Of a DNA stretch of 64,000 nt, positions 32,340-41,471 are shown piece by piece (position 1 is the first letter of the stretch; every line of letters starts with the position of its first letter). The notes under the pieces were generated by a model. The model was given only the letters and a program-made list of their open reading frames with translations, did no database searches and was not told the DNA's origin. Location: NCBI GenBank assembly GCA_937625935.1, contig OW569382.1:310001-374000 (forward strand), read 5' to 3'. Made by a program: the position numbers and the translations under genes. The stretch is from Tetramitus jugosus (taxonomy: Eukaryota; Protista; Heterolobosea).

Positions 32340-33521
32340 TTATGAAGCTTCTTGGATCTTTCTTGCTAGGAAAGCAAAGGCAGATGTCTGGCAGGAAGCA
32401 CTTGTGTTCTCGTGCTTTGTGTGACCGGCAGACAAGCAACAGCATCCGCGAGAGGATGCTGGTTGAATGAGAGTGTCCAATGGTCGATCAGAGGTTACCC
32501 AATTGATTGCATTCTGGCAAATAAAGTCACGCACTGGTTTTGGATCAGATGACATGACAGAGTGCACCGAATCTGTAAATGCAACGCCTCTCAATTTGGG
32601 CAACACTTGAGAGTGACGCGCTTGCAACAGACTCATGGTACAATATCCACCAGCGGAATGCGCTACAATTACAATGTCCTTTGCCTGTGCACGAGAGACA
32701 ATATTGTCCCACACTGAGATTGTGTGAATGGGAGGGCTGTCATGCTCTGGAATATCCGTGTACTGATTTCTGGACAGTGAACTTGGCTTATCAGTCATCA
32801 TGAATCCTTCTCTCGTGTACTGGTGAGGAATAGGTGTCTTGGGTAAGCGGTTCAAATTTGGATTGAACACAATGACACCATACCCTTCCAACAGCGCCTG
32901 CTGGATATAGGGAATCTGAGAACCTGTCTCCAACGATTCATTCATACACAGTGCTCTGGCCCATTGTCCCGCACGAACAGCTCCCGATCCCTGAACCAAC
33001 AACATCAACTTCTCAGCAGTTTGCCAATTCTGAGACACAAACACATTGTTCTTGATCAATGTTTGTTGATCTTGAGCAGTGATGGCACTCGATTCTTGTT
33101 CACTGATCCAAATGGGATCTCTTTGTTCCACACCAGGCAATAAAACTTCTCTCAATCCACAGTCACGAATCATTCTCAACTGAATCTCCCTCGCAATAAA
33201 ATCACCAATGGCCTCATAGTGTCTCTGAGACACGAAATGAAATGGTTCATCTGCTTTTTGCATGTGCCTCAGTTCACCCTTGTCATTGAACTCGTATTGG
33301 AAGTCAGACAATGAACTTGGAGGGTACACTGTTGGAATCGTAGCCATAACGAGATCCAATTGCTTGGATGATCTGTCTGTCAAATGAGATTGAACCGTTT
33401 CGAGGGAAAGAAAAGATGATTGGTTGGAAGATCTTTGGTTACTGTTGGGATCAGGAATCAAGATGGGAGATTTTCTCTTGTTGACAAGTTGATCTTCAAT
33501 GTAATCGCTCAGGTTATTCAT
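32340..33521 (-). CDS. Arb2-domain / FAM172A-like alpha/beta hydrolase-fold protein
   Basis: YEFNDKGELR, LVQGSGAVRAGQWARALCMNESLETGSQIPYI, IVAHSAGG, AFTDSVH, SAGHTKHE. Start placed at MNNLS (33521). Confidence 0.88.
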   Translation of the reverse strand: MNNLSDYIEDQLVNKRKSPILIPDPNSNQRSSNQSSFLSLETVQSHLTDRSSKQLDLVMATIPTVYPPSSLSDFQYEFNDKGELRHMQKADEPFHFVSQRHYEAIGDFIAREIQLRMIRDCGLREVLLPGVEQRDPIWISEQESSAITAQDQQTLIKNNVFVSQNWQTAEKLMLLVQGSGAVRAGQWARALCMNESLETGSQIPYIQQALLEGYGVIVFNPNLNRLPKTPIPHQYTREGFMMTDKPSSLSRNQYTDIPEHDSPPIHTISVWDNIVSRAQAKDIVIVAHSAGGYCTMSLLQARHSQVLPKLRGVAFTDSVHSVMSSDPKPVRDFICQNAINWVTSDRPLDTLIQPASSRGCCCLSAGHTKHENTSASCQTSAFAFLARKIQEAS

Positions 33522-33779
33522 GTTGTTCGTGGCTTTAAGGTTTTGTTCGTGTTGTTTTCCAGATTTTGTGTTCTTTGTGCCCAAAATAAGTTGGAAAATT
33601 TTTTTCCAGAGTCGGGGAAATAGACGTTCATTTTTTTGTGGTAAATGTATGGTCAACATTTTTCGAGTGTGTTCATATTTATTGTATTGGGAGAAGGTCA
33701 GACATCGCAATTTAAACAGATCCCCAGAAGAACAGAAGAACATTTTTACAGATAAAAACATCCATTCACAGAATCAGTA

Positions 33780-34270
33780 CTCAGCAAAGGCATAGGTTTC
33801 ATCACCCATGACCACGAAAGCAGTGTCACCCTTCTTGAGCACACTGACAACCTTTTCAGGCCAGTAGCTTCTTGATGTCGTCCACTGACATGTTCTTCAT
33901 GCCGTGGACGACCACCTTTCTTGTGCAATCGACACTGCGCTTGGGTGCAGCAGTGCTGTTGCCAGTCCTCCTCTCTTTGTTGAAGAACTCAACAAACTCA
34001 TAGAATAGGTCACCCTTGACCGTCACCCATGCAACAAAGCGTTGCTGGCCTTTCCTCTTGATGACTTGGACTCTGTTGAGCCAGTCACCAAACTCCTCTC
34101 CTATCTTTCTTGCCAAAGATGACTGAGAGACACCATTACCGTTGCCAGTAATGACGCCCTCTCTGTCACTTGGCGCAGAGCCTTTCCGGGCAGTGGTTCA
34201 CACTGCGGAACGGCTGTTGCCGTATTCCTTCGCCAATTGTTGAATCACCAGCATGTGATACCGTTTTTTA
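33780..34270 (-). pseudogene. Older retroelement copy: ORF1 pseudogene, 3' part lost, originally adjacent to tRNA-Met
   Basis: From ATG at 34254: MLVIQQLAKEYGNSRSAV*TTARKG...RVQVIKRKGQQRFVAWVTV...KVVVHG, frameshift, then VLKKGDTAFVVMGDETYA. Colinear with ORF1 at 18036, with a W-to-stop change. Confidence 0.85.
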
Positions 34271-35157
34271 TTTTTTTTTAAATACAACCAATGGTTGCGC
34301 TGTTTATTCGTTGTTGATTCTCTTTACATGACGTAACTGTTTCGTTTATGACGGCAGAATGCCGTCACTGTTGCATTGTTTGTTGCTGGTGCTCGCAGAG
34401 CATCAGCAACCAGCCATCTCCTTGGAGCTTGTGAAGAGGCGAAGCATCACCTCAATACATCTCCTCTTAGTATTATCCACGAACTGTTTCGCTTTCTTCT
34501 TGGCGATATCCTTCTTAATTCCATTTTTTTTGAGCCCTTTGGCAACTTGTTTCGCTGCTTGCGATTCCACACCTAACATACCTAACATATATTGTTTCCC
34601 AGTCTTCCTTTGCTCGTTAGTTGTGCGCTTACCGTTGCACCACTGTTGGTTATCAAACCATATGTCCACACATTGTGACTTATGCAGTCCCATTGAGCTC
34701 AGCTTCGCAGCAACCTCCTTTGCGAGCAAAATTCTGGCCATCCTTGCGACTGGGCAGTTGATGAGACAGTGAAGAACCGTCTCTTGCTCGAAATTGCACT
34801 TCGGGCATGACGTATCCATATCCTCCACATTATAGAGGTTCTTCACCACAGCCTTTGTGTGAAGTGTGTGACTTTTAACTTGGGCCACGAACCATTCCAG
34901 CTGTCTGCTCACCCTAAAAGGACACCTCATGAATGAAAAGTCGGTAACACCTCCCAAACACTCTTTTTGAATCCACCAAATCTTCTCCGTCCCTATCAAA
35001 TCTCTGTACTGTCTAGTAAATATATTCCAGATCTGTTTTTTTTCCGTAACTTCAAAGTTATCCTTGCACATAAGTATCGGCGGAGCTGCGCCCCTGTTGA
35101 TCATGTGTAAACACACAGGAGCTTTTTTTGCAGCAGAAACGTGTTTTGTTTTGTGAA
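34271..35157 (-). mobile_element. Truncated non-LTR (L1/Tx1-like) retrotransposon with poly(A) tail and 21-bp TSD
   Basis: Flanked by identical AGCATGTGATACCGTTTTTTA (34250-34270 and 35158-35178); T9 tract at 34271-34279; carries the ORF2 C-terminus. Confidence 0.9.
34403..35116 (-). pseudogene. C-terminal fragment of a LINE ORF2 (zinc-binding domain that normally follows the RT)
   Basis: SCPKCNFEQETVLHCLINCP = CX2CX8HX4C, the zf-RVT-type motif; no RT or endonuclease motif is present in the window. Confidence 0.8.
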
Positions 35158-35218
35158 AGCATGTGATACCGTTTTTTACGGATAATCCGTCCGGTGTGAT
35201 GCTGAATTATGATAGACA

Positions 35219-36593
35219 GCGGGTTTGGCGCAGCTGCCCGAATAAAACGTGGGAACCTGACTATGAGAGATCAGGTCATGAGTCAGGTGCTGCCTAATTC
35301 GACACAAAAGTCGGGAACTGACTCAACAAAAGCTGCTGCCGACTCCGGTGTCAACTCCATCAGAAAGTTGGGAATACAACTCAGGTACTGACTCACACGA
35401 AGTACACCACTGAACCATGAGTTAAGTGAAAAAACAGCAAGTCAACTGAGTCGATATTTTAGCCCGATCTCCCTCTCAACTGCTAATCACAACCAACCGC
35501 TTTGAATTTGTTGAAGTCGGTTTGTTTCCAACAAACCGAACACAACCAACCCAAACGAAACTGCTTCAAGCAACAAAAATTTTTTAAGTTTTCTCTTATT
35601 GAATCCCAAAACGTGTGACCACAAGGCTAAAGAATCATCTGCCAAGAAGCAGATTGTTACTCCTGCGACTCCATCCACTGAGCAAGTTCTGACACAAGGA
35701 ACAGGTGTTGAACAAACAGATCAAGAAAGAGTTGAGACTGAATACTGGTACGTTTGTTCTTTTTCTTTATGTTTCGATCAGTTGTGATTTTCTGAATTTT
35801 CACTTCAATCTGGAGTTATGAGTGATATGGACTTACTTGCTGGAGAATGATGAAGTAATGCCTGCTTTGAACGTTGAGGACAGGATGTTAAACAGTGTCA
35901 AAACAGAAATGAGCATTGTATTAGGTCAGTATCAATTTTCTTTGCTGTTAATTGTTGATGTCACTTACCCTCCTTTTTCACAGTGGAGAGATTCCTATGG
36001 TATGTCGAACTTCGCAGTTTGTGTTTGTACTTGTTACTTACAACTTCTTTCCTGCTCTCGCACCTGCTCAAAATTGTCGGAGAAATAATGATCCAACCAC
36101 TTGACGAGGAGTCTCCTTGATCAAACTTACGGAGATAAAGTACAAAGATCAGTGATGACCCACTTACCGAGTGATGAGAGTTTTCTTTGGAATCTGTCCA
36201 GAAGGGTTGATCTTGATTCACGAAAAATATTCTTAATAAATGTTGTTCTTCATTCTCTCATAAGATTACAAGAATTTTTGGCCCCTCACTCGCCCCTGTT
36301 TCTCCTTGTTAGCCGCCTGATGGTTGACTTGGGTCATGAGTTTGCACAGGACACAATACCTGACTTCAGCAAGTCGGCACCTGAAAATGAATGGCTACTT
36401 GGACCACTGCAGATGGTTGGTTTGTACCTGACTCCAGTGCTGACTCTGAGATAGTCAGCACCGGACTCGATCCGAGTCAGGATCTGGCACAACGAAAGTC
36501 AGGTGCTGGTTGCCTCATGTGATTTTTTATTCGGGTGGTAGTCGCGTAGGTCTCATAATCCTAAGGTCGTGAGTTCGATCCTCACAACCCGCA
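35219..36593 (+). tRNA. Elongator tRNA-Met(CAU) split by an insertion; halves 35219-35236 and 36538-36593
   Basis: Joined halves give GCGGGTTTGGCGCAGCTGGTAGTCGCGTAGGTCTCATAATCCTAAGGTCGTGAGTTCGATCCTCACAACCCGCA, with a perfect 7-bp acceptor stem, CAT anticodon and TTCGA T-loop; T5 terminator at 36596-36600. Confidence 0.9.
35237..36535. mobile_element. Non-autonomous TIR DNA transposon, 1,299 bp, CACTA/EnSpm (CMC)-like
   Basis: 11-bp TIR CCCGAATAAAA / TTTTATTCGGG; TG duplication at 35235-35236 and 36536-36537; many subterminal (CC)TGACT(C)/AGTCAGG repeats at both ends; no transposase ORF seen. Confidence 0.85.
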
Positions 36594-37063
36594 TCTTTTT
36601 GAGTTTTTTGTGGTGGCCACGAAGGAAGACCCCAAAAACCACCAAACTCCCATAAATTGTGAAGGTTCTTAGGTAATTGATTCTTGTTTTGCCCCAGCTT
36701 GCAACCACCGTCGTGGCTCTGCCTCGATCAGGGTTGCAAAATATTGCCATTGTCCAAAGACTTAGTGATGTAACCTTCTGATAGCTCCAGAGTTTGCATC
36801 AAAGCCAGTCACTTGAAAGTCAGTTACAATGTAGTGCCTTAATATTAAGATGGCTGACTGGTCCCTCATTCAGAGAACATTCTCACCTTGCCAAATGGTT
36901 TGGACTTGGTTAAACCATGAATGTAGCAAGCAAAGAACGCAAGAGTAACAACGAACAATATGATTGATTGTGTGGTCTTCATCTCTTTGTAAATTGTGTG
37001 ACTTTTTTGGGGAAATCTCTCTGTTTTATTGGAATGATCCAGGCGCGTATGTGACCATTCACC

Positions 37064-40000
37064 TCATTTGTTGGTTGTTCTTCTTCTTTTCCGCCGTGGC
37101 CTCCTTGAGCCAATGTCTTCGTCATCACCATCATCAGATTCATCAACAACTTCCTGCCTTTTGCTTCTCTTCTTTTCTGGCTTCTTTCCATCCCTTCTTT
37201 CTATGAATTTCTGAACAATATTGATTGCTGAGTCACTTCTCATGAGTTCCAGAGCTGTGTAACCATCAGAATCTCTAATCTCGGTGTTAGCTCCATAAAG
37301 AAGCAGATCACGCAGAACAACTTGTTTAGAGTTCACTGCGACATTATGGAGACAAGTTCTACCAATCTTATTCTTGATATTGACAAATTGTGTCAAATCT
37401 TCCGTGTTTAGATGATCAAGAGATGGGAGTTTAACCCTCCGTTTTGTGAGTTTAGTTTGTGCAGCCCCTTTCACCTTGAATCGATTAACAATGGATGACA
37501 GGATCGAAGATAAGTCCTGTCCAACGGGTGCTACTTGTTTCTCACTTGTTAACAAGTGCAAGAGAGTGTTGCCTGTTTCGATATCAACAGCCCGCACCGC
37601 GCGATCCAACAGAGGATCATCAGCATAATGCCCAACTAACCAATTGAACGTGTAACTCGCTACCTCTGACACAATTAATTGCAATGTACTTAACGACTTG
37701 ACCTCGGCTCGCTCTTCAGGATCAATTGTCTTTGGTGGAGCTTGCATCAGGATTTCTAGCCATGATGGCTTTGGTTGTTCATCTTCAGTTTGGATCATCA
37801 GAGAAACACACTTGCTCTCATATCCAGTATTAAGTGTTTGTTGAACCAAACTCGATCGAAGAATCTGATGCAATTGATCCTTGGATGGAACTAGTTTGTG
37901 GTGCATGACCACTGATAATGCGAATGAACGATAATTCCGTTCCAAAGCAATTTGAACTGGACAATCAAACTGCGATGCAAAAGCTTTCGTAAATGGCCAG
38001 AGGATAGCAAATATTTCGTATTGATTCGAAGTGCATGCAATCAAAGCGGCATTCCTTGGCTTTCGTCCTTCAATAGCCAAAGAATCCTTCTCAAGCGGCA
38101 TGCTTATCAATTTCGACAACTCTTCCCTGTTTTTATACTTTTTCTTCCAATGCTTGATGATACATTGACAGAGCGAAGAATATTTTTCAGCAGCAGTGTG
38201 TAACAGATTAGGTTTTGTTTCTTGCGTTTCATCCCTTACCAGAAGATTAACAGTGTGAGCCATCAATTTGTCAAACATTGAAAGATCCATTTCACCTTTC
38301 AATGCGAGATACAGTACAGGAATGGGAGCAATCAAACCAGGATCTTTGCTTGAGAATACTGGCTTATTGGCAATATCATCCAACTTTATCGATAAATCAC
38401 TCAAAAGCTGTAAACCTCTAGATGCTTCGAGTAAAATTTGAAGAGGACTAACGCCAGAAATATCCTTCACAGTGTCTTCTATCGATTGTTCAGATCGTTC
38501 ATACAGCATCTCAGGGTAATGCTCAAGACAGAGAAGTGCGCAATGTCTTGCAACAGGATAAGCTCCCAGGTGGAATGCCTTGTTGTTTTTGTTCGTTGTT
38601 GGCACTGATTCGGTTACGTCAACCATCCTCCTAAACAAAAAGTGCAGAGCATTGATTCCATGTTGCATTCGCGGACTCAACAGCCTTGACAATGGTTTGG
38701 AGGAGATGGATGGGTTTTGGACAATAATGTTGATCAGTTCATAATTTGAGTTGTGGAGCGCTGACGTAACAATTGTTCCTCCGTTATTATTCTCAAGATC
38801 AACCTGCGCTCCTGCTTTGATCAATTCATCAGCATGCTCATTGACATAATCTCTTTGGCTGTATATCTCATGAGTCCCGTGAATATGATAGTCGCCACTG
38901 AAAATCCTGGTAGAATAGAACAAGGCGTTTTCGCCCTTCTCATTCAATGTATTAGCATCAAAACCATGCCTTAGTAACCATGGGATCATTGGGATAGTTG
39001 AATTTCTTAAAGCAGAATGGAGTAAAGTGCCACATGATGTTTTGTAGCTTTGCAGCGTTCGATTCTTGAAGCAAGGCAGCTTGGGAACTTGTTCAAGGAA
39101 CTGGATTTGAACAATAGTTTGAAGATACTTAGTTTTGCTGTTGGGACAAAATATTAGCTCGATAGGAGTTTGCTCCTGCTTGTTTCTTTCGAACATTAAA
39201 CTCTCGGGACACACTGAAACAAGATACCTCACCGGATCTATTTGCACGAGGTTACAGGCCGAGTGAAGAATGTTGTTTCCATCCTTGTCCAATTGTGTGA
39301 GTGAAGCTCCAGCCCTTACCAGGTATTTGAAATCATCCAAGCATTCTACACTCTGATATGATCGAGAGAGGAACAACTGGAGAAGCGGGAGATCCTTTTG
39401 TTCATCGTGAATTATTCCGTCGATATCTCCAAGTACTACTAACTCGGGTTTGATAGACAACAAGTATTTCATCAATGCTCTTCGTACAAGCGAGTATGGA
39501 CCATTCATAAGTACCTCCGCAAGATAATTTCGCACTCCGTTAACACTCATCGATGGTTTGTAATCCTCTATGATAGTCTTAATCAAGGTCAATACTTCTT
39601 CATTTGAACAATTGGCTATTAAGGTACTGAGTAGAGTGCCTGGTGTAGAGCTTTCGAGTTGTTCGAATGTGCTATCGATATGCATTACCAAATCAGGGTA
39701 TTTCATTCGGTCAGGATCTATTAGCAACTCCAACGTTCTGAGTGCTGTGCGCACATTATTGAACACGAAACCGGCATTCAGTTTGATGCAGGGAGAGAGT
39801 AGAGCTACATTCTTCGATTCTGGTCGAGAGAGAAGTGGTTGAAAATGGGGATATTCTCGCACAGCAATATCGATTGTAGTTTCCATAATTTCATTGGTAT
39901 CCGTTCTCATAGAACTTCCCATGTGTGATAAGAAAATCCCCTCCTTCTTCGACATATGATTCAGGTAATCAACATATGATACAACAGACATATCTTGAGT

Positions 40001-41086
40001 GGATAAATTATCTGGCTCTACCAATGATATCTCAAAGTGCAAATACATTTCTTTGATGTGTTCCCAATCGAAAATCTGATAGGCCATGCTATGAACCATA
40101 ACATGAGACAACGTAAAACGCTGGATATCGACAGTGATTGGTCGCTGGTTGCCTTGTCGAATAAAGTGATTGAGAGGCATAGTCATGTTTGATCGTCCCT
40201 TCTCTGAAAAAATCTTGAGCATATCTATCACACGATTGTAGTTCAAACATACACCAATAAAGTTAAGGTTCTTGGTTGAATTTGGTAAAGAATGAGCGAT
40301 AAGCTTCAATTCATATTCGTCTATCGAGACCTCGTGTCCCCAATAGTGGTGCTTGAAGTATGATAGCTTCGTGCCCAAAACATCTAACGTTTCCAGTTGA
40401 GTGAGCTTTGATAGCAGAGTCTTCACACAACTCTTGAAATTGGAGCGATAATAAAATGAGCCACTACCCAATCGCAGGTGCTTCACATTGGGAAACACAT
40501 TGGCCAAGAACTCGAAAATAGGAGTACGATTATAAAAACGAATTTCATTCGCTTCAAGTTCACTAAATCGACATCTCTTTCCAGTTGCACCAATGGGCTT
40601 GAACTGAACCAACTGTTCCTGGCCACTGTCACCCCCATCCTTACGGAAATAATACTTTGGCATACCATCGTCCACCAGATTCAAATACGTGACATTTCCA
40701 TAGACTTGTTCTTGAAATTCATAGAGCCACTGAGAGCACACTGATCTCAAATTGAAATAGAATGGAAAGGCAGGCACAAATGACATGATCAAATGAAAAA
40801 TGTCTCTGGGAATGGGTTGACCAGCCATTACAAAAAAGCCCAAAATCTTGTCTCTTTCTCTCTCTGGATCTCTCTGCCAAAAACCATTGAACAACTCACC
40901 CACTGTTGCTTCTTGTTCTTTCTCTTCTTCTGCAGCTGTTGGATCATCATCCACACTATCACTCTTGCCACTATCATTTGATGTGGATAATACTGCTGCT
41001 TGTTCTTTGTCCATAGCTTGGTCATTCTCTTCGTACGAACTACCACCAGAGCTTTCACCAGCGTATTGTTGTGAGTGACTCGACAT
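37064..41086 (-). CDS. F-box / LRR-like / ankyrin-repeat protein with basic C-terminal NLS-like tail
   Basis: F-box IPRDIFHLIMSFV...LRSVCSQW; ankyrin repeats DKDGNNILHSAC, GTLLHSAL, NEKGENALF, GNTLLHLL, GRTCLHNVA...DSDGYTALE; tail RRPRRKRRR. Confidence 0.85.
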   Translation of the reverse strand: MSSHSQQYAGESSGGSSYEENDQAMDKEQAAVLSTSNDSGKSDSVDDDPTAAEEEKEQEATVGELFNGFWQRDPERERDKILGFFVMAGQPIPRDIFHLIMSFVPAFPFYFNLRSVCSQWLYEFQEQVYGNVTYLNLVDDGMPKYYFRKDGGDSGQEQLVQFKPIGATGKRCRFSELEANEIRFYNRTPIFEFLANVFPNVKHLRLGSGSFYYRSNFKSCVKTLLSKLTQLETLDVLGTKLSYFKHHYWGHEVSIDEYELKLIAHSLPNSTKNLNFIGVCLNYNRVIDMLKIFSEKGRSNMTMPLNHFIRQGNQRPITVDIQRFTLSHVMVHSMAYQIFDWEHIKEMYLHFEISLVEPDNLSTQDMSVVSYVDYLNHMSKKEGIFLSHMGSSMRTDTNEIMETTIDIAVREYPHFQPLLSRPESKNVALLSPCIKLNAGFVFNNVRTALRTLELLIDPDRMKYPDLVMHIDSTFEQLESSTPGTLLSTLIANCSNEEVLTLIKTIIEDYKPSMSVNGVRNYLAEVLMNGPYSLVRRALMKYLLSIKPELVVLGDIDGIIHDEQKDLPLLQLFLSRSYQSVECLDDFKYLVRAGASLTQLDKDGNNILHSACNLVQIDPVRYLVSVCPESLMFERNKQEQTPIELIFCPNSKTKYLQTIVQIQFLEQVPKLPCFKNRTLQSYKTSCGTLLHSALRNSTIPMIPWLLRHGFDANTLNEKGENALFYSTRIFSGDYHIHGTHEIYSQRDYVNEHADELIKAGAQVDLENNNGGTIVTSALHNSNYELINIIVQNPSISSKPLSRLLSPRMQHGINALHFLFRRMVDVTESVPTTNKNNKAFHLGAYPVARHCALLCLEHYPEMLYERSEQSIEDTVKDISGVSPLQILLEASRGLQLLSDLSIKLDDIANKPVFSSKDPGLIAPIPVLYLALKGEMDLSMFDKLMAHTVNLLVRDETQETKPNLLHTAAEKYSSLCQCIIKHWKKKYKNREELSKLISMPLEKDSLAIEGRKPRNAALIACTSNQYEIFAILWPFTKAFASQFDCPVQIALERNYRSFALSVVMHHKLVPSKDQLHQILRSSLVQQTLNTGYESKCVSLMIQTEDEQPKPSWLEILMQAPPKTIDPEERAEVKSLSTLQLIVSEVASYTFNWLVGHYADDPLLDRAVRAVDIETGNTLLHLLTSEKQVAPVGQDLSSILSSIVNRFKVKGAAQTKLTKRRVKLPSLDHLNTEDLTQFVNIKNKIGRTCLHNVAVNSKQVVLRDLLLYGANTEIRDSDGYTALELMRSDSAINIVQKFIERRDGKKPEKKRSKRQEVVDESDDGDDEDIGSRRPRRKRRRTTNK

Positions 41087-41471
41087 GTGGTTCGTTTTCA
41101 GTCAGTTTTGTGAATTTTTCCACCAATCTGGAGTTCAGAAAACAAGTGCTGCAAGAAAAAAGCACCATGGCGGTCACCTTCACGAATTCGTGCAAATGTT
41201 TCTTGCGGACACAATCCCCAATCGGAAATTCACAGCAGATTGCTGTTGTAAGGAAGGTAAATTCAAAGTAAGATAGTTCTCGCGTAGTGTCAATATGAAG
41301 GAATACATACCACCATGTGAATGATCCAGAAATGGATGTCAGAAATTTTTGTTCAACTTTGTAAAAGCTCGAAATTCAAGCGGCAAAATTGACCTTATTT
41401 TGGTTTCGTTTGGGCTATTCTTTACAAAACTCATATACAATCGAAAGTCCTGAACAAAACAAGCAGCGATA

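Noticed and set aside
34198-34200. TGA at a conserved Trp in the ORF1 copy as evidence for an alternative genetic code
   Set aside because: The same copy is frameshifted and truncated, and TGA terminates normal genes such as myosin, so this is pseudogenisation.
35237-36535. Insertion read as a tRNA intron or as a Dada transposon
   Set aside because: It is not at the canonical 37/38 position, is 1.3 kb long and has TIRs with a 2-bp duplication; these features fit neither a tRNA intron nor Dada.
36600-37060. Possible downstream-targeted (TRE3-like) element 3' of tRNA-Met
   Set aside because: No similarity to ORF1, ORF2 or the family 3' end, and no poly(A) or TSD visible.
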